Shown piece by piece: positions 13,050-24,564 of a stretch of 64,000 nt of DNA. Under the pieces are notes generated by a model that worked only from the letters and a program-made list of their open reading frames with translations, was not told the origin of the DNA and ran no database searches. This DNA comes from Tubulanus polymorphus. Lineage: Eukaryota > Animalia > Nemertea. The translations under genes were made by a program, and so were the position numbers. Positions within the stretch are counted from its first letter, which is position 1. Every line of letters starts with the position of its first letter. The stretch spans positions 18,622,210-18,686,209 of the forward strand of contig NC_134030.1 of NCBI RefSeq assembly GCF_964204645.1, in the 5' to 3' direction.

Positions 13050-13355
13050 CCCTTTCAGTGCTGACTAGTTAATACCCTATAGTGCTAGAGATAATTTGCA
13101 AAATTTTAAAAAATTCCACCCTAGTGTGTTGAATAACGGGAATACCATTATAGTGCGTCTACACGTGCGGTACTCTATGGTGCGGTACCGCAGTGCGGTG
13201 TATCGTTAGTTACTAATATTTCTCTATGTTTGACAGGTGCTGTCATCTTTCAAGAGAGATAATTACTTATTATATCAATACACCACAGTGCGGTGTACTA
13301 GCAAAATCCATCGCTGATCTATACACCGCACTGCGGTGTAGATGCACTGAATGGG
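13050..13355. mobile_element. piggyBac-like MITE, second copy
   Basis: TTAA at 13046-13049 and 13356-13359. Homologous to 11765-12052. Confidence 0.9.
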
Positions 13356-13517
13356 TTAAAAACAAAACCGACCGAATAAATACGACGAACGAAATCGATA
13401 GTTTTTCAACGCGAAAAGCTACAAACCGAAATCGTCGCGTAAAAATTATGAAAAGTTTTGTTTCTCCCTTGCAACACTAAATTGGTTTCCATAGACAAGT
13501 GGCTGTCCAATATCAAT

Positions 13518-13739
13518 TAGTCGACAAAAACCCACAATAAAAAAGAAAAACTATCTGATAGTTTGACGTTTCGACTCAAATCTATGAGCTATAGGGATCA
13601 CTTAGCTACCTTGTTGCTATATTTTGTATTGTTATAACTGTACAATAAATCCGTTTTTGAAAATGGCTCATAGATTTGAGTCAAAACGTCAAAGTTCTAT
13701 AGATAGTTTTTCTTTTTTATTGTGGGTTTTCGTCGACTA
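13518..13739. mobile_element. Inverted-repeat Penelope-like remnant (family B) with degenerate hammerhead
   Basis: ~73-bp inverted arms. Consensus of the two arms: gttt-(c)TGAA(g)A-tggctcatagatttgagtc-GAAA-CGTC-aaac, where bracketed bases are inferred. Confidence 0.55.
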
Positions 13740-15518
13740 GCCTAACAAAATTAGTTTCTAGATTCTATAAGAATGTTCGGCCTATCTCGGAATAAATACC
13801 TCTCGCTCAAACGGGAAGAGGGATCGCGCGCCTCTTCAAAGCATTCATTAGACTAAATCTTATCTTTATCTTTACGTTACACACTTCCTGAATTCCAGAT
13901 TCTATGACGCCACGATCGAGAAAAAACTCGTAAAAAAAAAGAGAACTCGTCGTCGACACACGGCCGCGTGTATCCGCCGCATCGTATCAATTCTATTTTC
14001 GGACCTTCCAATATATGATCAAATGAGATTCCGGCCGCACACACCAGATGGCGTATTGCAAAATTCATTAAAAAGGCTTAGATGTATATAGATCCCTTCA
14101 ATAATAATAAGTATGTTGTAAGTAGTCTATGTATATATTGTAAATAACTTTGTTTATACTTTCTGTAAATTGTAAATATTGTATACTTTGTATACGTCTC
14201 CCTCCATGTACCATAGAAATGGTTGGAGTTTAAATAAAATCCTAAAATCCTAAATCCTTATCTAGCTTATTAGCTTTCACTGAAATTCGAGCTACAATAC
14301 CCTAGATAGGGCCGTATTTTTTTTTTTATAATGAGTTGCATTACGGATTTGATGGACTTGAAATGATTGCAGAGGCGGAAAAGGTAAAATGGAAACATTT
14401 GTTTTTTCTCAAAATTTCTCAAGACCTGTCAACAATAGGCAATTGGCTGCGGCAATCGAAAATTGCTTCACCTGTTAAGCTAAAGCTAGCGTAATTACAG
14501 CGGTTAATCTAAACCTACTTATGATGACAGCCTGTTGATCCTAAAAGAAACACGGCCTTCATGAAGCCTGTAAATATTAATCAATCTTTCTTGTCATTTT
14601 GAAAAACACTATAATATAAAAACCACTTTAAAAAGATGTGACCAGAGCTGCCGACCTAGAGTTAATAGTTTGCTGAAAACGGAGTTGATGAGTATGATTC
14701 TGCGCAATTTGAGAGAAAAAGATGCAAATTGCCATAAAAATGATTAAGTTTTTCCGTAACTTATCAAATTTTTTCAGCCCAACGCACACGGCGAAAACGT
14801 TTTATTTTCCCCCGAGTTAAAGCTAACCCGCAAATGTTCAACGCATTCAGCAAAACAAAAAACTCGTCGAAAAAACAGTTGAGTCCATAGTGCAACAATA
14901 AACTCAGTTAATTCTCAAAGCTTTCCTCACTGCCCTTATCGGTGTCCCAATTTTTTTGTGTGTTTGTCATGTGTGATGCAGCGATGTTCAATGATTGGTT
15001 TATTCCGCCATGATGTTTTACGAAACACAAAAACATCCAAACAAACCGGACCAACACACACGAGGAAAAAAATGCTTTCAACGAAACAAGAATTCTGGCA
15101 GCGCAACAAGAGTAGTAGGTCCTGAGAGAGTAACGTTTTACCGCTAGGCTAAGCGTTAACCGTTAGATTGACATCAACGACGCACGCAGCATAAGGCAAG
15201 GCACACGGCGAGGAAAACACATTCTTTCTTTGTGAAAAAAATGCGTTCGATGCGTTTCGTCACGCCGCGTGGCTGAAGTCGAAACACGAAACGCCGAACT
15301 AGCACGAATTTGATCAGGAAAAATCGAACATGAATTCGATTTGTGAAAAACGCGTTCGATGCGACAGAAAAGATAAGTTCTCTTACCTTGAAACGAGTAG
15401 GCAAATTATTCCAAAAATAATGATATTTGACGGACGCCGAGCGCTTTATTTAAACTCTCTGAAATTAAAAGGAAAACGTTCAGATTATTTTAAACGAAGC
15501 AATGGTTGATGTACAAGA

Positions 15519-16320
15519 ACGTAGCAAAGTCTCACGATACCACTGGGTTCAAATCCGTGCCAGGGAGGAACGTGGCAAAGTCTCACCATACCACCGGGTT
15601 CAAATCCCTGCCAGGGAGGAACGTGGCAGAGTCTCACCATACCACCGGGTTCAAATCCCTGCCATGGAGGCATGGCAGAGTCTCACGATACCACCGGGTT
15701 CAAATCCGTGCCAGGGAGGAACGTGGCAAAGTCTCACCATACCACCGGGTTCAAATCCCTGCCAGGGAGGAACGTGGCAGAGTCTCACGATACCACCGGG
15801 TTCAAATCCCTGCCATGGAGGCATGGCAGAGTCTCACGATACCACCGGGTTCAAATCCCTGCCAGGGAGGAACGTGGCAGAGTCTCACCATACCACCGGG
15901 TTAAAATCCATGCCAGGGAGGAACGTGGCAGAGTCTCACCATACCACCGGGTTCAATTCCGTCCACAATACCATCGGGTTCAAATCCCTGCCAGGGAGGA
16001 ACGTGGCAGAGTCTCACGATACCACCGGGTTCAAATCCCTGCCAGGGAGGAACATGGCAGAGTCTCACGATACCACCGGGTTGAAATCCTTGCCAGGGAG
16101 GAACGAAGGCAGAGTCTCACCATACCACCGGTTGAAATCCGTGCCAGGGAGGAACGTGACAGAGTCTCACGATACCACCGGGTTCAAACCCCTGCCAGGG
16201 AGGAACATGGCAGAGTCTCACGATACCACCGGGTTCAAATCTGTGCCAGGGAGGATTGTAGCAGTCTTGTATAGTCTTCAAATTCAAATCCGCACGAAGG
16301 AATGTGGCAGAGTCTCGCGA
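15519..16320 (+). repeat. 49-51-bp satellite built from a tRNA/SINE fragment, with a Pol III B box in each unit
   Basis: Unit gtggcagagtctcac(g/c)ataccaccGGGTTCAAATCCctgccagggaggaac, about 15 copies. Similar to the SINE head at 6460-6509. Explains ORFs 15502..16455. Confidence 0.9.
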
Positions 16321-16632
16321 TGTTATCATCAGTTTCAAGGCCAGGAACGAGTGTGTCAATCAATGCCACATGGTTTAAAACCATTTCGAGGGAAGATTGT
16401 GGTGGCAGTTTCGCAAAAAATAATATCATTGACCGATCAGATTCTGTTTCAGTGACTGTGACAATAGGCCTAGTTGCACTAAGTCCCAGTTCTTGGCAAT
16501 GGAGAGCGCTGGTTTATAAGAAGGAAGTGGATATTTTACCAATGCAGCATTATTCGTATAGCCTAAATGCTATTTTGCTAATGGATAGGCCTAATAAGAT
16601 TAGGTCTAATAAAGATAACAACTACAACAAAT

Positions 16633-16735
16633 TAGGGTTAGGTTTTGATAGGGTTAGGGTCTAGAGGGTCTAAAGGGTAAGGGTTATGTTAAGATTCCAT
16701 TAAAAAGCAGCTAGGGATAGGGTTAGGTTAAGGTT
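16633..16735. repeat. Degenerate telomere-like (TTAGGG/TTAGG) tract
   Basis: ttagggttaggtt..gatagggttagggt..gggatagggttaggttaagg. Confidence 0.5.
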
Positions 16736-16741
16736 TACATG

Positions 16742-17874
16742 CTAAAGTCTATTTTATGTCCTCGACCTTTTCGGGATATTTCGCTTAATTTTCGGTGTGC
16801 ATACCTCAAATATGTCTTAATAGAATCAGTAGGTTGTGCAGTCCAGATAAATCATCGTTTTTATATCCATTAGGCTATACACTGTTCTGAAGGATTGACG
16901 AATATTCACGAAAATTGAGCTCTAAATCGGCGAGAACGACCGCCATTTTGTTTGTTTCTTTATGCAAATGAGCCATTGCACACATGCGCAATGAGGCGAG
17001 GATGCGTTAATTATATCATGGGGGAGGAAGGAGCTTCCCGTCGCCAAACGACCAATCAACAACTCACAATATTACCCTAGGGAGCTGTTTTAGAAAATAA
17101 ACATGGCTTTTGACAAAGCTATCAAAACAATGCGGTTTGGAAATGATTGAGGCCTATGATGCAACCATTGCGGCTGTGCCCACGTAGTGAAACACATGCG
17201 GGCAATGTACTCTCCCCATGAAAAATAAACTCACCCAGATCACATGGTACACACTGCTCATTTGCATGAAGAAATAAACAAACACGAACAAAATGGCGGT
17301 CATTTTCGCGGATTTAAAGCTTAATTTTTTGGAATATTCATCAATCCTTCAACTCAGTGCAAAAGGGATGAAAACGGCCCATATTGAAAAAGTCGGAAAA
17401 TATTTCCAAAAAAAGAATTTTTTTGGGGAACAAAAATCAGTAACTTTTAGCCAAAAAACTTACTTCCTTTTGGTCAAAGTGTTAATAGTTTGGGCCTAAA
17501 TTACAGCCGCTTTTTGTATGAGACGCCATATTGGTTTCTCCGACTCCACAGTTGCGCGAACAACTGCCGAAAACCGTCTTAAGGAGCACTCCTAACTACG
17601 GAGCGCTCCGATGTGACGCCCGCGATTGAGGTGATTAAAGCGATTTGAGGTGATTTACACTGTTCTCAGGAATAAAGAAAATGTTAGAAAAGGTCGGAAA
17701 TCCGTCTATGGTCGGAAGATTTTCATCCCAGGTGCAAAATGGATATAAAAACGATGATTTATCTGGACTGCACAACCCTACCGATTCTATTATGACCTAT
17801 TCGAGGTATGCACACCGAAAATTAAACGAAATATCCCAAAAAGATCGAGCACACTCGACAATAAATATACTTAG
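16742..17874. mobile_element. Long-TIR fold-back DNA element whose right arm is interrupted by a nested insertion
   Basis: 16742-16972 matches the reverse complement of 17255-17360 plus 17738-17874. Confidence 0.75.
17365..17729. mobile_element. Nested non-autonomous element, possibly Mutator-like
   Basis: TIR gggatgaaaa / ttttcatccc. Flanking direct repeat gtgcaaaa (8-10-bp TSD). Confidence 0.6.
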
Positions 17875-18686
17875 TGCAGGGTTCGTACACCTCCTGGAAT
17901 TGCCCTGGAAATGTACGAACCCTGTGCCAGCAGGACTCAACGTCACTCAGCACTGTGATGCCGATCGATGGATGCCTCTCACTGACTGAGGCTAAGCTAG
18001 CCTACTGAGGCCAAGCTCTATAAATTTACCAGCGTTAAACAGTAATAATGTGGTATTGGCAAAATATGACCTGCCTTAATAGTACGAGCGCGGGTTGATC
18101 ATAACTGGAACCGAAATTCAAATCAAATCAAATCAAATCAAATCAAAGAAACTTTCAAATATTTTTCTAAATTTCTGGGGAATCCCGAACCCGGAAATGA
18201 AAAATCTATCATAAATACAAGAGAAATTTCATTTTTCGTGCGAATAGATCGAAGCAAGTTTGTGCCTTTTCAATTTAAAAAAAAATACCTACCTTAAAAA
18301 GTGCGAAAAACGCGTTTGTTTTAAAACAAAACGAGAGATAAAAAGCGACGAAACTAAAATATCCACGAAAACTGTTTCAATCGTAGGTGGCAGCACCGGC
18401 CGGTTACAGAGTGTCAGTCCTACTAGTTGGTGCACGGAACCGTTAACTTTATAAGGACTCCAATTCAAATTTATTGATTTTTCACCCAATCGATCGCAAA
18501 GTTTTTGCAATTTGCAGAGGTTTTGTCATATCGCGGACTCACTGAATCTCAGAATTAAAAAAGAAAACAAGGAATTTCTCCATTTTCACGATAAATGTGT
18601 GCAAACTGATTATACTGGTTGCCTGTCCCATTCAGAAGATATATAGACTGGTTGCCGGTCTCTACTTTCAGTAGACTATTCTGACC

Positions 18687-18723
18687 ATAGAACTATAACG
18701 GAATAGTTCCGTTATAGTTCTTT
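18687..18723. repeat. Short hairpin palindrome
   Basis: agaactataacggaa-tag-ttccgttatagttct. Confidence 0.7.
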
Positions 18724-19048
18724 GTTCTGACTGACTGCGGATGCAGGCATATGATTCATTCTGCAGAATTTCCAGAACCTGCCCTTTCGCCTCTCAGGGC
18801 ATGAACTTGCCCAGAGAGGCGAATGCTTTTGAGGCAGTAGAATATATAAAAAGCCCTTTCACTAGATTCAGCTGAAACGGTGGCTAGTCAAGATGATCAG
18901 GAAAAATCAAAACGAACAGAAGTTATCATTCGGAATGGCCTATCAACTTTATTTCAGAATATATAAGAAAACCGAAGACTCTATATGGTATCTTACGGAC
19001 AGAAATTTAAGAAAAATTCAAATACATTTCATCAAGTAAAGACATTAA

Positions 19049-19260
19049 ATGAGTAAAAGATGCCACAATGTGTGAAGAATCTAAAAAGCTTATTTAGAAA
19101 TTAGAAATATTTCGGGTGGTTGCAAAAAAGAATACAATGCATTTTAGACTGAAGGAGGGTGGTAGCAACCAACTGAAATATTGCTAATTTTTTTAGATAA
19201 ACTTTTGAGATTCGTTTGGGGATTTTTTACTCATCGAGTATTGTCACGGATATTGTGATT
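19049..19260. mobile_element. Penelope-like remnant (family A) with degenerate hammerhead on plus strand
   Basis: 19142-19187 reads ttttaga-CTGAAGG-agggtggtagcaaccaact-GAAA-tatt-gctaa. An inverted partial copy at 19101-19123 retains caaccaccc-GAAA-tatt-tctaa. Confidence 0.6.
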
Positions 19261-19543
19261 CTTTAACCTATTCAAAGACATGGAATTTAATTTCAGGGAA
19301 ATCAAAAACATATTTCGTTAATAATTTCATCTACAACTTTTGAAAGTTCATCGATAGACCTCTCACAAGAAACAATTCAGTCACAATTTATGAATAATAT
19401 CTATATAAAAAATTACCTACAAATATTATTTAACAATCTTGATTTGGCTGAAACTAGAAGTTGTATGGCATATTGATGCAGTGCTTAATAGTCGCAGTGT
19501 GACCACAACCTCTCATAGGCCGGATGTACTGGCCGAGGTGTGA

Positions 19544-20195
19544 TCTGTAGAAGATAAAATTCGACTCTCAGGCAGGTCGCTATCTGTAGAAGTTAAAATT
19601 CGAATCTCAGGGCAGGTCGCTATCTGTAGAAGTTAAAATTCGACTCTCAGGGCAGGTCGCTATCTGTAGAAGTTAAAATTCGACTCAAAGGGCAGGTCGC
19701 TATCTGTAGAAGTTAAAATTCGACTCTCAGGGCAGGTGGCTATCTGTAGAAGTTAAAATTCGACTCTCAGGGCAGGTGGCTATCTGTAGAAGATAGAATT
19801 CGACTCTCAGGGCAGGTCGCTATCTGTAGAAGTTAAAATTCGACTCTCAGGGCAGGTGGCTATCTGTAGAAGATAGAATTCGACTCTCAGGGCAGGTCGC
19901 TATCTGTAGAAGTTAAAATTCGACTCTCAGGGCAGGTCGCTATCTGTAGAAGTTAAAATTCGACTCTCAGGGCAGGTCGCTATCTGTAGAAGTTAAAATT
20001 CGACTCTCAGGGCAGGTCGCTATCTGCAGAAGATAGAATTCGACTCTCAGGACAGGTGGCTATCTGTAGAAGATAAAATTCGACTCTCAGGGCAGGTCGC
20101 TATCTGTAGAAGTTAAAATTCGACTCTCAGGGCAGGTCGCTATCTGTAGAAGTTAAAATTCGACTCTCATGGAAGGTCGCTATCTGCAGAAGATG
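19544..20195. repeat. 40-bp satellite, ~16 copies
   Basis: Unit tatctgtagaagttaaaattcgactctcagggcaggtcgc. Confidence 0.97.
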
Positions 20196-22187
20196 AAATC
20201 CGCCTCTTTGTGATAATTCTCACAGAATTCTATCAGCGTAATCATAATTCTCTTCTCTCTGAATTCTAACTCGGAAAATCGCACCCTCAGAACACTTTTT
20301 AAAAGAATATAACAAAAATATCGCATTTCGTCAGAAATTTGGAACGAACAACCGAGCCACACGATTATTTCTAAATGGTTTATATCTTGTCAAATCAGAT
20401 TTGTAATAATTGCTGGGGGTCTTGTAGGCTAATCAAATATATCTTAGGTAATGCCTGGTGCAATGGGACGGTACTTAGAAATTCTGCATCTTAGATAGTT
20501 TTTTTTTTAGACGAGCAAAAGACGGCTTAACGTTAACAAAAACGAATCAGTCGATGAATTTATCAAATATTTTGCGATAAATAACAGAATCAATCAATCG
20601 ATAATAACTTGTTTGTTTGCCACTTATAATCATCGCACTTTGCAATAGTAATACCGATATGAAACCACAAAATTATTGAAATATCAATGCAATACAAGAA
20701 CATAAAAACAAACTGTAAGATACATTTGCTTTCATCATTTGACTCGAAATTAACGATCAATTATCATTTTGCATAATAATACATTTTGCTTAATCATTAG
20801 TTTTCGATCAAGTTCAGTATTCCATATGCCGGGTGTATAGAGGTATCGTCGCGTTAGTGTTTTATCATGCGGTACTTCGACAATTCGAAATGTTCAGAGA
20901 TATTTCTATAGATCAATATTCAATGGTACCCGTGTGCCCGGTCTATATGCTAGATGTATACAGAGGTGACGTCACGATCGCCCGGCGTGTGTAACAGCGG
21001 AACGCTCGACAAACTTCGATGTAAACCCTTTCAACGACCGGAGACAACAGCGCGGCTGCCTATTGGTCAATATTGAAACACACCACCGATCGACACTAAG
21101 TAGAATCACTAAGCCAGTCATTCATCTCTTGATCTTCACACTGTGCAGACATGATTTCGAATATCCTGGCGTTCAACATAGCGATCTTCCTGGCGAGCCT
21201 CCTTGCTGCAATGCTGCGCTCTACAAGCTGGTTCCTCCTTAGTGAGAAACGACGTCTTTATGTTTTACGTGTTACTGTTGGTTGAAGACGACGGCGCCCC
21301 ATGAGGACAGAAGATGACGGAGGAAGGATGCTACAACAAGACGATACTGAACTCGGCAATCTTGAGAAAGTTAAGTTGGTACACATGTAAATTACAATTA
21401 ATCAAAGAATTGTGTGACTACAGAATGTCTTTCTTTTACTCATGTCAGGTAAATTTAATCTAGAAAGGCCCATCATGAGGTACATCTAGATCCTACCGAC
21501 CAGAAGTCACCACGGAAGACTCGAGCTTGAATTGAACTCGTCAACAAAACACCAAGAGACCTTTCGAAACGGAACATGGCAGTCTTGATACAAAGCTAAG
21601 TTGATTTTTCATTTCTGGGTTAGCATCAAGGGCAGGATGTGTAGCACTCGATGGAACAGGGGCGCTGGTGAAGTTCGGCATCTCAATTTTACTATAAACT
21701 GATTGACGATTAAAGCTCTATGACCGGTATATGGTCATTAGTGACTTGAATCTAAGACAATCATTGCTCTGATATTACTCGTTAGGTCTCATATGAATAT
21801 TCCTGGCTGAGTATTGAAGTGTAGATAGGTCAGTTATTAATCAACAGTTTGAGGCAATACTTAAAACCACATTTTGTCTGCTGTTTTACCATTGCATTAA
21901 TGAATTTCTCGGCGGATATAGTGTCGAGGGCAATATCGAGGTCTGGGATAAAGACCCATATGGGGAAGAAGACTAAGGGTATAGTTGCTATATGTGATTT
22001 TAGAAACCGCAATCCGGTCTCAACACCTCGACGAATGCGGGATAAACCAAAGCTTTAATTGATTAATTTCCTGTTAGTCATGTTTGGATGAAGCTTAATG
22101 ATTATTGTTTAACCTACGATTAGAATATACGGACAAATCAGGAAAATTAGCCAATTATTTAATATCTAGTGAATTCAATGTCTAATG

Positions 22188-22422
22188 TATGGTGGCTGAT
22201 AAGGGCCATAGCGTAAAATTCCTGGTATGTAAATGAGGGCGCCAGAACGCCAGAACGCCAAAACGAAAAAAAAACGTCCAATTTTCTCTAAAAGTTCGTT
22301 TTGGCGCACCAAAGAACCTTTTAGAGAAAATTGGACGTTTTTTTCGTTTTGGCGTTCTGGCGTTCTGGCGCCCTCATTTACATACCAGGAATTTTACGCT
22401 ATGGCCCTTATCAGCCACCATA
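22188..22422. mobile_element. Near-perfect fold-back MITE (~235 bp)
   Basis: ~115-bp inverted arms tatggtggctgataagggcc.../...ggcccttatcagccaccata. Flanking direct repeat ctaatg, with exact TSD length ambiguous. Confidence 0.9.
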
Positions 22423-23870
22423 CTAATGTAAGATTAAGAATTATTTTATGTAATTGTGTATAAATATTATCAAACTGGTAATCCAATTTAGCTGATAGAT
22501 ACGTATTTCAACACATTTGTATCTAAGTGAATCCATCACGTCCATCTACTAGTTTATACATAATAGATCTATTTGCCAAAATCAGTTTAAGGCAGATTTA
22601 CTTTCGATCCCATCTCGAGATCAACAAATCTGCATATCGGACACACTATCGTGAATTTTGATGGGTGAATATTCCAATTTCATTGTGTATTTTAGATTGA
22701 GAGCCTTATTCTGACAGGAAATCCTTAGCTTAGGTCCTTTTCCTGTAGCTAATATCTCTTCTTAACTAATCTCTCCTTCAAACTATTATAGTATCATTTC
22801 ACCAAGCACCGCACTATGGACGTCCTGCCGAAAAAGGTTTTCAGTCGTCGTACACAGTGTACTGTAAAAGGGAAATAAGGGAAATATAGAAATGTGACTT
22901 CGGGAAATTTCTAATTAACCACTTGAAACGTGTATTCATCTAAAACTTTGATGGAATGATGGATTCAAATAGTGATAAATTCAAATAAAAGTTGAAATAA
23001 TGATTAATTTAAACCTGAATCATGTCTAAAATTCTTTAGTTTTAACTAATTAATTCAATATCCTTAAATAAGTGTATATTAGAAGAGAAATATAGGAATC
23101 TAGCTAAGACTATATATTAATTACATATCTTGCAATCAATGCAGATTGATGCAATATCTTCATGAAAGTGTTTAAATCTAAACTGGATGCGTTGATGGGA
23201 TAATTTAATGTCTAATATTGTAAGGATCGAGGATGCATCTCACCGGGCCTCCTATATCAGGACTATATTGAACCAGTTTGGTTTTGGTGGAATTCTGCAC
23301 TCGTCAAGGTGTGGACAAGGAATCGTAGTTTCTTAAGTCCGTAGAACGCTCATAGGATGAGTGAGTCTGGCAGAACACTGCTCGGAAATCGAGCAGAGCC
23401 TTGTATCGGGAGCAGCAGCAGCAGTCAGAATCTAAAGATTGACACCGGGGCAAATATGGGTTGTCGACTTAATCGACTTTTTGTCAGTGCGAACTAAGTA
23501 GACTACTGAAATTCGGTCAGGGATTGAGCAAGGTCCTGTAGGTCGGTCGGCCAGCTGCAGTTTCAGATAGTTAAAAACGTGAAATGTGATATGAGCGAAC
23601 ATGTACCGGTTCCTTAAAAAATCATTTTGCTACTGATACCACCCCGCGGGAAAACCTGCAATACTTTTTGGTCGTATCCGGATCTACTACGAGTTAAGTG
23701 GTGTGTTAAGAAATTACTTAAAACGCCACGAGAATAAACTTAAAAACAGCACGGGACATGACGGACACGTTGACTGTTATACCAACACGGACAAGACTTC
23801 TTGAACTGCGTTAGATCTGAAAATAAAATGAATTTCTATTTACCCTGCAAAATATAAAAAACGTAACTTA

Positions 23871-24199
23871 GGCCAAAAAAAGATGTCTTGTTTCTCATGA
23901 TTTTGAAATCCCGTCCGCATCGGAAAAATCATCGGCAAATTAGCGATAAAGATTAAGTCCGCCCTCCCGCATCATAGCTCGAAAATAAATTTGTTTTTTA
24001 TAAAAATTAAAATCCGCCCACCCGCATTGATATAATACGCATATCGTCATCTTTTTATCATTTTATTGCTCTATGAACGTATCGAGAAGTTGATCGTATA
24101 AATATCATCGGCACCACACTGGTGACTCGAACCCGTATCAACGGAGTCGGTTACCGTAGGCCTAAATGTCAAAATGAGAAACAAGGCATCTTTTTGGCC
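23871..24199. mobile_element. PIF/Harbinger-like MITE upstream of OTC
   Basis: TIR ggccaaaaaaagatgtcttgtttctcat / atgagaaacaaggcatctttttggcc. 3-bp TSD TTA. Confidence 0.8.
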
Positions 24200-24564
24200 T
24201 TAAAATCCGTTAGAATTATGAGCTGTTGAATGAGATGAACAATGATTTAAGTTGAATTATCGATTATACGATATCGAAGTTCATAAGCGAGCTTTATTGC
24301 TGTGAATATTTGAAAAAGTGACATCATAGAATCAAAAGGTAATTAATCATCAGCTGGTTCGATCGATATCTTCACTTCGCTTTTTCCTTTATTATTCATT
24401 CCCGAGATATGAACGAAATATAAGAATTAATTCGTAAAAAATGGTGAGAAAAGATGAAAAAATGCGGACTATCCATATGCTACCAGAATCTTTTCTTTTG
24501 TAGCCAGCTGCGACGTCTGCTCTATTATATAGCCGGTGTATTCTGACACTAAGTACTAACGGAA

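Noticed and set aside
15502-16455. 317-aa ORF and overlapping repetitive ORFs
   Set aside because: Translations of the 51-bp satellite, open in several frames.
16633-16735. True telomere or chromosome fusion site
   Set aside because: Short, degenerate and single-orientation, so more likely part of a dispersed repeat.
23130-23275. LINE ORF2 3' end (FKSKLDALMG*)
   Set aside because: Too short to support as a feature without a search.
23280-23817. Minus-strand secreted-protein remnant divergent from OTC
   Set aside because: Good acceptor and a short hydrophobic start, but immediate stops and no recognisable domain.
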